A stretch of 32,000 nt of DNA from Planctomycetales bacterium (GCA_022646745.1 CP060262.1:1140001-1172000), one strand, 5' to 3'; shown: positions 6,946-15,294, counted from the first letter of the stretch. The notes: generated from the sequence alone by a model not told the origin. A program made the numbers and translations.

Positions 6946-8040
6946 CTACTCGCCGGCTTCGCCATCTCCTGCGGCATCGCCGGCCGCAGCATCGTCCGAG
7001 CCGGCATCCTCACCAAGCACATCGCCCTCGGCAGCTTCATCGGCAACCGGCTCCTCATAGAAGCTGAGCTGGCTGAAGTCCTGCTCCAGCAGGAAGCCGA
7101 GGTTCGAGCGGTTGGTCTTGTAGACCCGGCCGTCAGTGTCGCTGATGACGATGTTGCCTTCCTCGCGGCCGTCAATGCTCAGGCTGTAGCTCTTCCCATT
7201 CGCCTCCACCACAAGGCAGGGCGTGGCCTCCGGGTTGTACTGCTCAAGCGGCAGCTCGGAGGTGTCGTCAACGAAGCTCTGGATGCGCAGGGCTGCGAAC
7301 TTCTCGACGATCTCCTTCAGGTCGTTCTGGTTGCCATTGCTGCCGTCGCTGGCCAGCTTCCACAGCTCGCCGTCCTTCGTGAAGGACATCGGCTCGCCGG
7401 TGAAAGCGCCGTCCTCGGTGACGGGGGTGATGGTCACGCTCGTTGCCAGCAGCGGGTCATAGGCCCAGAGCTGCTTGGAGCGGTAGTCACTGAAGGAATA
7501 GCCCAGCGAGGTGCGCAGGTTGGCGCTGGCGCGGTAGACCGGGTCCTCCCCTGCCATGCGTACGAAGCAGCCCTTCATGTTCTCGGTGCTCTTGCCGACC
7601 AGCAGCGTGAGTTTCGGGTCGCTGCCACCGGCATACACCGATAGCTTGTAGGCCTGGTCATCGTTGAGCTCGAAGGTCGGATGGTGCTCCGGCTTGTCGC
7701 TCATCATCGCTTCCTGCTTCAGCTCCGGCAGCATGTCCAGCAGGGTGCTCGTACGCATGTCGTCAGCGAGGTACTGTTCGCCGTCGATCAGCGCGAACCA
7801 GCTGTCATCCTGCTTCAGGAGTGAGAAGCTGTCGCCATCCGGCTTCGTGATGTCCAGGCGGTTGATCGCATCGCGGTCCACATCCACCAGCAGGGCGCTG
7901 TCCCCGCCGCTGGCAGTGCCACCGCCCTCGCCCGTGCCGGCGCTGTCGCCGGAGGGCTTGAACGCGAACCAGGCCGCGACGACCAGCACCACGAGGATGA
8001 TGATCGGTGTTGTCAGGTTTGTCTTTCCACTGGCTGCCAT
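6946..8040 (-). CDS. DUF4340-like protein (last gene of the GldG-type ABC operon)
   Basis: 364 aa with an N-terminal TM anchor (IIILVVLVVAAWFAF). GGAGGG SD lies upstream. Its position after a GldG-like gene is the usual context for DUF4340. The acidic Ala/Gly/Asp C-terminus is low complexity. Confidence 0.65.
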   Translation of the reverse strand: MAASGKTNLTTPIIILVVLVVAAWFAFKPSGDSAGTGEGGGTASGGDSALLVDVDRDAINRLDITKPDGDSFSLLKQDDSWFALIDGEQYLADDMRTSTLLDMLPELKQEAMMSDKPEHHPTFELNDDQAYKLSVYAGGSDPKLTLLVGKSTENMKGCFVRMAGEDPVYRASANLRTSLGYSFSDYRSKQLWAYDPLLATSVTITPVTEDGAFTGEPMSFTKDGELWKLASDGSNGNQNDLKEIVEKFAALRIQSFVDDTSELPLEQYNPEATPCLVVEANGKSYSLSIDGREEGNIVISDTDGRVYKTNRSNLGFLLEQDFSQLSFYEEPVADEAAEGDVLGEDAGSDDAAAGDAAGDGEAGE

Positions 8041-8049
8041 CTTTCCCTC

Positions 8050-9726
8050 CTAGGCTCCGCTGTACCTTGCCTCAATCGCGCGGCGTTGCGCCTTGCGCAG
8101 GATGCCGAGCAGCAGTGCGAACAGCACGAGCAGCACCGGCACGCCGGCCATGTTGAGCCACTTCCAGGTGTTCTTCTGGGACTCGCTGAGCATCGGGTTT
8201 ATCGGGCGGTTGGTGACCGGCTTGGAACGGATGTTCAGCAGGTCGTCACCCAGCAGCTGGGTGTCAACGATGTTGGCGGCGAACAGCGCGTTCGTCTGGG
8301 CCTGCTGGAACAGGCGGTCCGTCATCGAACGCGCGCTGGCCAGCACGATCAGGTTGCCATCCTCCGTGCCATGTGCGATGTGCTCATGCCCGGCGAAGGG
8401 ATCTACCACCGGGTCCACGGTGCCGTCCTCATTCGGACGCGGGGCGGCCGGTGACGGAGCACCGTCCGGGAAGGCGGTGGTGAACTTGCCGCGCATCATT
8501 GCCACTACGGTGTAGGGGCCGCTGGAGTCAGACTCGGTGGCCTTGAAGTCCCAGTCCTGGTCGATGCTGACATCGAAGGGGCTGTTCATCGTGAAGCTGC
8601 CGGAGGTGGTCCGCGCCAGCCAGCTGAACTCGACGCCATCCGTCGGCACTTCCTCCAGCGGGCAGGTCATCGGCATCAGCATTGACTCCAGCCTGGCAAC
8701 CGCCGGCACGTCCTTGTTGAAGCCATCGGGCCCGATCTGCGTGTAGAGCGGATAGGGCATCGGGATCCGGAAGTAGTTGGTCGGCACCTGCACGATGCCG
8801 CAGGAGACCGGGTCGGCGACAAGCTTCTTGTTGAACTTCACGCCGTACTTCTCGAGCTGGTCCTCCATCGTCGGCAGGCTCGGGTAGGCCTGGTTCTGCA
8901 TGCCTTCCTGGTTGAGCATCATGATCGGGTCGATCGCCACGATCGCGCGCCCGCCACCCAGCAGGAACTGGTCGATGCTGTACTTCATCGAGTCGGAAAG
9001 GCCGAAGGCGCCGACGAGGAAGATGCCGTCGATGTCATCCGGCAGCACCTGCTCCTCGGCCCCGATGCGCTTGATCTCGTACTGGCCGTCCTGGCCGCCG
9101 AGCAGCTGGCGCAGGGTGTCGTAGGTCTGCTCCGGGGGCTGGCCCTGCTGCTGGTTGGTGTTGAAGGTGCCCTCGAACACGCCGAGCACCGGCTTCTTCT
9201 CCTTCGTGAGGCGCGTCAGCCGGCTGACGACGTCATACTCCAGGCTCTCGGTGCTGACCACGAAGGGGATGCTCTCGGTCTTGTCGAGGTGCGCCATCAC
9301 CATCCCGAAGAACACCTTGCGGGTGGACTGCTGGTTCTTCTCGATCACCTGCAGCTCGACCTCCGGCACGCCGTTGTCCTGCGCCTCCTGCTTCAGGTCC
9401 TCGTTGTCCTTCGGGTCGATGTAGCGGATCACGAGGTTGCCGCGCGCCATGCTCTCGAACTCGCCGAGGCGGTCCTTCACCTCGGTGCGCATCGAGGCCA
9501 GCTGCGGTGGCAGGTCGCTCGTCATGTAGAAGTCGATCGTCAGCGGGGCGTCGAGGCTGGCGAAGAACTCGCGCGTGGCCTGGCTGACGGTGTACATCTG
9601 GTTCTCGGTGAAGTCCACGCGGTAGCGCAGCAGCTTGTAGCCGAGCAGGTTGACGACCACCACGATCGCCAGCACGATGAAGATCTCGGCAACACTGTTT
9701 CCCTTTCTCTTTGCTCTGTTGTCCAT
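8050..9726 (-). CDS. GldG-like ABC-transporter-associated protein (ABC-type uncharacterized transport system domain)
   Basis: 558 aa with an N-terminal TM (IFIVLAIVVVVNLLGY) and a C-terminal TM (VPVLLVLFALLLGIL) flanking a large extracytoplasmic domain. GGAGG SD lies upstream. It follows an ABC-2 permease, matching gldA/F/G-like synteny. Confidence 0.7.
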   Translation of the reverse strand: MDNRAKRKGNSVAEIFIVLAIVVVVNLLGYKLLRYRVDFTENQMYTVSQATREFFASLDAPLTIDFYMTSDLPPQLASMRTEVKDRLGEFESMARGNLVIRYIDPKDNEDLKQEAQDNGVPEVELQVIEKNQQSTRKVFFGMVMAHLDKTESIPFVVSTESLEYDVVSRLTRLTKEKKPVLGVFEGTFNTNQQQGQPPEQTYDTLRQLLGGQDGQYEIKRIGAEEQVLPDDIDGIFLVGAFGLSDSMKYSIDQFLLGGGRAIVAIDPIMMLNQEGMQNQAYPSLPTMEDQLEKYGVKFNKKLVADPVSCGIVQVPTNYFRIPMPYPLYTQIGPDGFNKDVPAVARLESMLMPMTCPLEEVPTDGVEFSWLARTTSGSFTMNSPFDVSIDQDWDFKATESDSSGPYTVVAMMRGKFTTAFPDGAPSPAAPRPNEDGTVDPVVDPFAGHEHIAHGTEDGNLIVLASARSMTDRLFQQAQTNALFAANIVDTQLLGDDLLNIRSKPVTNRPINPMLSESQKNTWKWLNMAGVPVLLVLFALLLGILRKAQRRAIEARYSGA

Positions 9727-9736
9727 TGTCTTCCTC

Positions 9737-10459
9737 CTAGCTCCACTTGCGGCTTTCGACCATGCGCGTCGTCAGGAACGTGAACAGGTAGATCACGCTG
9801 CCGAAGTAGAGCAGGTCGCGCATGTCCAGCACGCCGCGTCCGAGGCTGGAGTAATGTGTCGTCAGTCCGATGTTGCGCAGCAAGACGGAGAAGCCGCCTT
9901 CGACGAAGTAGGTCACGAAGGGCAGGCCGAGGAACAGCAGCACGGCGATCGCGGCCAGTGAGAGGATGAAGGCCACGATCTGGTTGTCACTGAAGCTCGA
10001 GACCCAGCTGCCGATCGCGAGGTAGCTCGCCCCGAGCAAAAGCGCCCCGAAGTAGCTCATCAAGGTCTGCCCGCCGTCGATGCCGTTGGTGCTGAGCACC
10101 TTGACGGTCAGCACGAGCGGCGTTGTCAGCAGCAGGATCACGACCAGCAGCGTGACGCTGGCGAGGTACTTGCCGAGCACGACCTGCCACTCGGTGACGG
10201 GCAGGGTCAGCAGTGGCTCGATGGTGCCGGTCTTACGCTCCTCCGCCCACTGGCCCATGGTCAGTGCGGGGAGGATCAACAGGAAGGTCCAGGGCAGGAA
10301 GTCGAAGAAGGTCCGCAGGCTGGCCTGGCCCTCGAGGAAGAAGGTGCGGAAGTAGAGGAAGTTGGTCAGCGCGAGGAAGGCGATGATGATGATGTACGCA
10401 ATCGGGCTGAGCCAGAACGAGCGGAACTCTCGGTTCCAGACGGTGGCGATCTTACTCAT
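9737..10459 (-). CDS. ABC-2 type transporter permease (GldF-like)
   Basis: About six hydrophobic segments. I chose the Met at 10459 (MSKIATVWNREF...), which has a GGAGG SD 8 nt upstream and lies 4 nt after the ATPase stop. The track start is 10480. Confidence 0.8.
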   Translation of the reverse strand: MSKIATVWNREFRSFWLSPIAYIIIIAFLALTNFLYFRTFFLEGQASLRTFFDFLPWTFLLILPALTMGQWAEERKTGTIEPLLTLPVTEWQVVLGKYLASVTLLVVILLLTTPLVLTVKVLSTNGIDGGQTLMSYFGALLLGASYLAIGSWVSSFSDNQIVAFILSLAAIAVLLFLGLPFVTYFVEGGFSVLLRNIGLTTHYSSLGRGVLDMRDLLYFGSVIYLFTFLTTRMVESRKWS

Positions 10460-11426
10460 TGTCGCTGCCTCCTTCTGCATCTGCGGAAGCGCCGCGCCTG
10501 CCGGTGGTGCCGGTCAGGCTGAGGAACACGTCCTCCAGCGAAGTGGAGCGGTGCGACAGTTCCAGCAGCTTGGCGCCGCTGGCAACCGCAGTGTCGAAGA
10601 TCTGCTCGCGCAGGTCGGTGCCCTTCTCGGCGGTCAGCGTGCAGGTCAGCTCGCTGCCCTCCTTGCTGCTGACGAGGTTGTGCACCCCGCGCAGGTCCTC
10701 GAGCTTCTTCAGCGTACCGTCACCACCGCGCAGGCGGATGCTGTACTGCTCATTGCCGCTGACCATGTCCAGCAGCTCGTCCGAGGTGCCCTCGCCGACC
10801 AGCTTGCCGTTGCTGATGATCAGGATGCGCGAGCAGGTGTTCTGCGCCTCCGGCAGGATGTGCGTGGAAAGCAGGATCGCCTTCTCCTCGGCGATGCGGC
10901 GGATCAGCGCGCGGATCTCCACGATCTGCGCCGGGTCCAGGCCGCTAGTCGGCTCATCGAGGATCAGCACCGGCGGGTCATTCAGCAGCGCCTGCGCCAG
11001 GCCGACGCGCTGGTGGTAACCCTTCGAGAGCTGGGAGATGTCCTTGTGGGCCATCGTGCCGAGGCCGCAGGTCTGGATCACATCGTCGATGCGGCCCTGG
11101 ATGTCTGCGGCGGACACTCCCTGCATCCGTCCCATGTAGCGCAGGTAGTCCACCACACCCATCTCCTCATAGAGGGCGGTGCTTTCGGGCAGGTACCCGA
11201 CGGCGCTGCGGGCGGCGAGCGGCGCGTCGATGATGTCATGTCCATTGATGCTTGCCGTGCCTTCGGTCGGTGCGAGGTAACCCGTCAGCACCTTCATCGT
11301 GGTGGACTTCCCGGCTCCGTTGGGGCCGAGGAATCCGACGATTTCACCCTTGGACACGGAGAAGCTCACATCATCGACTGCCAGGACGTCACCATATTTC
11401 TTGGTCAGTCCCGATACTTCGATCAT
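10452..11426 (-). CDS. ABC transporter ATP-binding protein (GldA-like)
   Basis: Walker A GPNGAGKST, signature LSKGYHQRV, Walker B VLILDEPTSGLD and H-loop LLSTHIL are all present. Confidence 0.93.
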   Translation of the reverse strand: MIEVSGLTKKYGDVLAVDDVSFSVSKGEIVGFLGPNGAGKSTTMKVLTGYLAPTEGTASINGHDIIDAPLAARSAVGYLPESTALYEEMGVVDYLRYMGRMQGVSAADIQGRIDDVIQTCGLGTMAHKDISQLSKGYHQRVGLAQALLNDPPVLILDEPTSGLDPAQIVEIRALIRRIAEEKAILLSTHILPEAQNTCSRILIISNGKLVGEGTSDELLDMVSGNEQYSIRLRGGDGTLKKLEDLRGVHNLVSSKEGSELTCTLTAEKGTDLREQIFDTAVASGAKLLELSHRSTSLEDVFLSLTGTTGRRGASADAEGGSDNE

Positions 11427-11651
11427 AGCTTTCCCACTCCAGATTCCTTTAGTACTAATGGCTCATTGGCCAGGTCCGAGAATCAGAGCAGAGATTATAC
11501 AGGTCAGCAGACGCAGCACCACCCGTTCCCGGACGCTTCCCCGCAGCAATCACCCTTTGCAGGCAATGGCCGGCGGGGATTACAAAGTACTCTGGATGCC
11601 TGAACTAGAATATGTGTTCAATCATTCACGGAAAATCACCAGGAGACATCG

Positions 11652-12122
11652 ATGACCAGCCGCGGACTCCTCCTCAACGAACTGGAGCACGTGCTTCGCA
11701 ACTGCCGCAACATCATTGAGCTGATCGAACCCGACGACCTCGGGTTCAGGCCGGCGGCGAACATGCGCACGCTTGAGGAACTGGTGAACCACCTCGCACA
11801 GATCCCTGCGATCGACCTCCTGATCATGCGCGGGGCTGAAGAGGCCGAGGTGCAGGACCGTGAGAAGAAGATGTTCGCCCGCAGCCGCGATGACCTGTTC
11901 AAGAACATGGAGCGCGGCAGCCGCGACATGACCCGCTTCATGGAAGGCCTGACCTTCGACGAGTTTGAGAACGGCAACGGCGTGGCCTTCTATGGCCGCA
12001 GCCAGACCTACCAGCAGTGGCTGCTGGAAACGGTCACGCATATCTATCACCACCGCGCGCAGCTGCACATGTACCTGAAGCTCAAGGGCTACCCGGTGGA
12101 CACGAATACGCTGTACAACTAG
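11652..12122 (+). CDS. DinB-family (DinB/YfiT-like four-helix-bundle metalloenzyme fold) protein
   Basis: 156 aa with an AGGAG SD 6 nt upstream. His-containing motifs (LVNHLAQIP; THIYHHRAQLHMYLK) are typical of the DinB superfamily. This is not the DinB polymerase. Confidence 0.75.
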   Translation: MTSRGLLLNELEHVLRNCRNIIELIEPDDLGFRPAANMRTLEELVNHLAQIPAIDLLIMRGAEEAEVQDREKKMFARSRDDLFKNMERGSRDMTRFMEGLTFDEFENGNGVAFYGRSQTYQQWLLETVTHIYHHRAQLHMYLKLKGYPVDTNTLYN

Positions 12123-12127
12123 CGGAG

Positions 12128-12169
12128 GCCTGACGCAAGTCAGGCTGGGAGGTGCGGCGCAAGCTGCAC
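12128..12169 (+). other. Two tandem GCAA-tetraloop hairpins directly after the DinB-family stop
   Basis: The hairpins are gcctgac-gcaa-gtcaggc (12128-12145) and gtgcggc-gcaa-gctgcac (12152-12169, one G-T wobble). They may act as a terminator or stabiliser, but there is no U-tract. Confidence 0.5.
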
Positions 12170-12337
12170 AACAGGGAACAGGGAACAGGGAACTGGGACC
12201 TGGGAACAGAAAGTAGTCAGTGGTCTGTGGTCAGAATCCAGTAGCAGCGGCGCCCCCGCCGCTGAAAGGGAGCTGCGGCTTTAGCCGCACAACAGGGACC
12301 GGGGAACAGAAAGTAGTCAGTGGTCCGTGGTCAGAAT
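12167..12337. repeat. Direct duplication of a 50-nt unit; the first copy is expanded by three extra ACAGGGA heptamers
   Basis: Copy 1 (12167-12237) reads cacaacaggga(acaggga)x.. ctgggaacagaaagtagtcagtggtcTgtggtcagaat. Copy 2 (12288-12337) reads cacaacagggaccggggaacagaaagtagtcagtggtcCgtggtcagaat. Each copy is preceded by a hairpin of different sequence. Confidence 0.8.
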
Positions 12338-12435
12338 GGATCATTTAACGGTGCAGTACATAGCTGACTGATCGCCAGGCATACTGCCTGGCCTCCCCTA
12401 CAATGCTTTCGGGAATGCACTCAAGAGGGAGCACT

Positions 12436-12897
12436 ATGAAAGCAAGAATTTGCATCCTCCTGGTATTGGGAATCTATCTGGCAGTTTGCGGTTGTTCCAG
12501 TAATAAGAAGACGATTCAGTATCCTGCTGACTGGCCAGATTATCTGAAGCTTCCCAAGTCCAGTACCCCTGCCAAAATGACAACATGGAATCACTCCGGC
12601 CTGGAATTCTATTCAGATAAAACTCCCAACTGGTATGAAGCAGGTATAGGTTTTGAATTCAGAGGCTCGCGCGATGAACTTCTGAAACATTTCAGTAGCA
12701 TTTTTGAGAAACATCATGGTGGTGTTACAGTGGATGATTATGACAATGTAGTGAATTATCTAGTCGGTGGGCCACATATCACCTTCAGCATTGTTGCTGC
12801 TACGGATTCTGATGGAAGTAAAATCGCAAATAGATATCAGGTTCTGCTTGACATTCCAGCAGACTCCTTTTCGGAATTTGGCATAATCCTGAATTAG
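12436..12897 (+). CDS. Hypothetical lipoprotein (AT-rich gene)
   Basis: Signal peptide plus lipobox (MKARICILLVLGIYLAVCGCSS). GAGGGAG SD lies 4 nt upstream of this Met; the track start at 12403 is less likely. Local GC is far below the window average. Confidence 0.7.
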   Translation: MKARICILLVLGIYLAVCGCSSNKKTIQYPADWPDYLKLPKSSTPAKMTTWNHSGLEFYSDKTPNWYEAGIGFEFRGSRDELLKHFSSIFEKHHGGVTVDDYDNVVNYLVGGPHITFSIVAATDSDGSKIANRYQVLLDIPADSFSEFGIILN

Positions 12898-13005
12898 TGA
12901 CTCCACTCTGAGGCAATAGCTGAATTTCAAAAATTGAACTTCACCTGCGTCTAATATGAGTCTTGTGCCAGACTTTTCACTATCAGTTGAGTTACGAGGA
13001 TTCAC

Positions 13006-14160
13006 ATGCGTATCAATTTGACAGCTATATTGCTTGTGTCCGCCTTGATTGTGGCAATTCACTCTCAAATTGTCCTCGCCGCTGCACCCCCCAAGCAGGA
13101 CAACATCGCCACATTCAGCGTGGTGGCCTACAAGCCATCAACCGGTGAGGTCGGCGTGGCGGTGCAGAGCCGCTTCTTCGCCGTCGGCAGCGTGGTGCCC
13201 TACGCAGAGGCCGGCGTGGGCGCGATTGCCAGCCAGGCTTTTGGCAACACCACCTTCGGTCCGCTCGGGCTGGAGATGATCAGCCAGGGGATGGGCCTCG
13301 ACGAGGTGATGAGCACGCTCCTGCGAGACGACGAGCGGCGCGAGCAGCGCCAGGTCGGGATGGTGCAGGTCGGCGGTGGCAACTTCACGCCCGGCAATGA
13401 ATGGGCCGAGAGCAGGCAGGCCAGCTATGCGATGACGGAGGCCGGCCAGGCGCTGAGCTACACCGGCAGCGAGTGCATGGACTGGGCCGGCGGGCGCACC
13501 GGCGTTTCCAGCGAGGGTTACATCTTCGCGGTGCAGGGCAACATCCTCACCGGTAAGCCCGTGGTGGATGAGATGTATGCCGCGATGGCGGAGCCGGAGG
13601 AGTGGCTGTCCCAGCACCACCTCGAGAACGCCGAGATTGACCGCGCGGTCAGCATCGATGACATGGCCGGCCGGCTGCTTTTGTGCCTTGTGGCCGGGCA
13701 GACGATGGGTGGCGACAGCCGCGGCATGCAGAGTGCGGCAATGCTGATCCAGCAGGCCGGGATGGGCTACGGCGGCTACAACGACCTGAAGTATGACCTG
13801 CGGGTTGACGACGCCGAGGATCCCTTCAATGAGCTGGCGCGCTTGCTGAACATCGGCCGGCCCTTCGCACTTGGCAACGAGGCCTATACCGTGCTTTACA
13901 ATGGTGAGTACGAGCGCGCCCGTGAGCTGTTCGAGACCATCGTGCAGCTGGACCCGCAGAATGCCAACGCCTACTACAACCTGGCCTGTGCCTGCGCGAT
14001 GGGCGGCGATGTGGGAGCCGGCTTCCTCAACCTGGTGCTGGCGCTTGACCTTGACCCGAGCATGCTGGACCATGCCCTGCAGGACAGCGACCTTGACAAC
14101 CTGCACAGTGATGAGCGCTGGCAGACGATCGAGGCACGCCAGGCACAAGCAGGCGAATAG
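13006..14160 (+). CDS. Secreted DUF1028 (Ntn-hydrolase fold) protein fused to a C-terminal TPR-like region
   Basis: The signal peptide is MRINLTAILLVSALIVAIHSQIVLAAA. The DUF1028 signature is TFSVVAYKPSTGEVGVAVQSRFFAVGSVVPYAEAGVGAIASQAF. The C-terminus is TPR-like (PQNANAYYNLACACAMGGDVGAGFLNLVLALDLDP). GAGGA SD lies upstream. Confidence 0.78.
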   Translation: MRINLTAILLVSALIVAIHSQIVLAAAPPKQDNIATFSVVAYKPSTGEVGVAVQSRFFAVGSVVPYAEAGVGAIASQAFGNTTFGPLGLEMISQGMGLDEVMSTLLRDDERREQRQVGMVQVGGGNFTPGNEWAESRQASYAMTEAGQALSYTGSECMDWAGGRTGVSSEGYIFAVQGNILTGKPVVDEMYAAMAEPEEWLSQHHLENAEIDRAVSIDDMAGRLLLCLVAGQTMGGDSRGMQSAAMLIQQAGMGYGGYNDLKYDLRVDDAEDPFNELARLLNIGRPFALGNEAYTVLYNGEYERARELFETIVQLDPQNANAYYNLACACAMGGDVGAGFLNLVLALDLDPSMLDHALQDSDLDNLHSDERWQTIEARQAQAGE

Positions 14161-14163
14161 CAG

Positions 14164-14200
14164 AAAAACAAAAAGCCCCGCCTTGGCGGGGCTTTTGTTT
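14164..14200. terminator. Bidirectional rho-independent terminator between convergent genes
   Basis: Sequence reads aaaaacaaaaa-GCCCCGC-cttg-GCGGGGC-ttttgttt. It has a 7-bp GC stem with A/T tracts on both sides. Confidence 0.85.
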
Positions 14201-14218
14201 CCGTGGGGGAGGCCAGGG

Positions 14219-14863
14219 CTAGTTGCTGACCTTGCCGTTCAGGTAGGCGACCTGGCCGAGGCTGGCCGGGTTGCTGACGCTGGTGTGGAAGCCGTTGGCC
14301 ATCACGTTGCCGCTGATCGGGTTGCCGTGGCGGTCACGTCCGTTCCAGTCAGCCTTGTACTCGAAGGTCTGGTACGGGCTCAGCGTACGGGTTTCGAAGA
14401 CGAACCCGAAGAAGCGGCCCTCACTCCAGCGGTACAGCTCCTGGCCGTTCTTCACGATCGAGAAGTCGGCGCGCTTGGTGCTGTTGTAGGTGATGTGGCG
14501 GGCCTGGCTGGAGTTGTTGGTGACCTTCATCACGAACTGGTACTTGCCATTGCCGTCCGTCAGCAGCTGGTAGAGGTAGTCGATGCCGTCGATGTAGGCT
14601 GCATCGCTCGTGGCGACGTACCAGCTGGAGCTGGCCTCGCGATCCGCAACCACCTCATCCAGCGAGGGGGCCATCGTGTAGTCCACAGCCTTGGCATCGT
14701 CAGCCGGGGCATCCAGGTCAGCCATCGCTGAGCTGCCACCACCGCAGGAGGCCAGCAGGCCCAGGGCCAGCATGACCACCAGGGCCATCAGGTTGCGGAT
14801 CACGATGATCACGCCGTTGTTCTGCTTGTTGTCGTTACCGTTGATGTTCTTCTTAGCTTCCAT
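14219..14863 (-). CDS. Lipoprotein with BsuPI-like (intracellular proteinase inhibitor fold) domain, paralog 1
   Basis: Lipobox LLASCGG. The core VTNNSSQARHITYNSTKRADFSIVKNGQELYRWSEGRFFGFVFETRTLSPYQTFEYKADWNGRD matches the BsuPI pattern (...T...sgq.yDf.v...G.evwrWS....F.......l.pge...y...W). I chose the ATG at 14863, which has the same GAGGTGAnTGAC-ATG context as paralog 2. The track's GTG start is 14872. Confidence 0.72.
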   Translation of the reverse strand: MEAKKNINGNDNKQNNGVIIVIRNLMALVVMLALGLLASCGGGSSAMADLDAPADDAKAVDYTMAPSLDEVVADREASSSWYVATSDAAYIDGIDYLYQLLTDGNGKYQFVMKVTNNSSQARHITYNSTKRADFSIVKNGQELYRWSEGRFFGFVFETRTLSPYQTFEYKADWNGRDRHGNPISGNVMANGFHTSVSNPASLGQVAYLNGKVSN

Positions 14864-14990
14864 GTCAGTCACCTCAGATTAGTTTTTCAGTTCGGGGAAG
14901 TTCCTGCTTCCTTTTCCAAACCGTCTGTAATTCCCGCCCCAGGATGGTTCTAAACAGATATTTCGAAAAAATTCGAAAAATAGCAGAATT
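14864..14990 (-). promoter_or_regulatory. Conserved upstream leader/promoter element, copy 1 (partner at 19463-19590)
   Basis: A 21/21 identical block (14951-14971 = 19557-19577, TTTTTTCGAAATATCTGTTTA on the minus strand). A 33/37 identical block (14899-14935 vs 19505-19541, GGGAATTACA..CGGTTTGG.AAAGG.AGCAGGAACT). The SD context is also identical. Confidence 0.55.
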
Positions 14991-15118
14991 CAGCGAAATC
15001 GGGTGGTTGAGGTGGATTCGATTGAAGGCGTCTGATCTAGCTCAGGCCTGTCCAGCAAAGGACTGAGCAAAATTACGGACCGATCAGGAAGCTGGCTGGA
15101 GAATCGACCAGATTTGGG

Positions 15119-15294
15119 GTAGCGGTGGCGCATTGCGCCAACTGGGAGTGATTACGGCACTTTTATGAATCCGTCATTCCAGCCTATAGGAACGTGCCAT
15201 TGCTTGCTCGATGAGTTTCAAGGATTCTTCATTATGGATGCATAACGGAAATCTGGGAGATGCTCTTTCAATTGGCGCAAGGCGCCACCGCTAC
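15119..15294. repeat. 23-bp inverted repeats (22/23 complementary) enclosing 130 bp, inside a 650-bp non-coding gap
   Basis: The arms are gtagcggtggcgcattgcgccaa (15119-15141) and ttggcgcaaggcgccaccgctac (15272-15294). Each arm also holds an internal GGCGC-N3-GCGCC mini-palindrome. Confidence 0.7.

Noticed and set aside
10362-11603. 413-aa plus-strand ORF and 10459-11019 ORF overlapping the ABC ATPase
   Set aside because: They are antisense to a gene with complete Walker A, signature and Walker B motifs, and they have no motifs of their own.
11451-11640. LexA-box candidates upstream of the DinB-family gene (AGTACTAAT at 11451-11459; GAAC-N10-GTTC near 11603-11620)
   Set aside because: The first is only one arm of the lexA-promoter palindrome. 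The second has the wrong spacing for a Cheo box. It is kept only as a note for a genome-wide motif search.
11622-12068. 148-aa minus-strand ORF opposite the DinB-family gene
   Set aside because: The plus-strand frame has an SD and DinB-type His motifs. The minus-strand product is a featureless shadow ORF.
13138-14731. ORFs 13138-14148 (-) and 13871-14731 (+) overlapping the DUF1028 and BsuPI-like genes
   Set aside because: These are shadow frames. The second would also read through a strong bidirectional terminator.
14899-14935. Possible sigma-54 promoter (TGGAAAAGGAAGCA / TGGCAAAGGGAGCA) in the conserved lipoprotein leaders
   Set aside because: The GG to GC spacing is two nt shorter than the TGGCAC-N5-TTGC consensus in both copies, so it is not a convincing -24/-12 element.
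15119-15294. Calling the 23-bp inverted-repeat unit a MITE or mobile element
   Set aside because: There is no flanking target-site duplication, no transposase and only one copy visible in this window. It is reported as a repeat or finding only.
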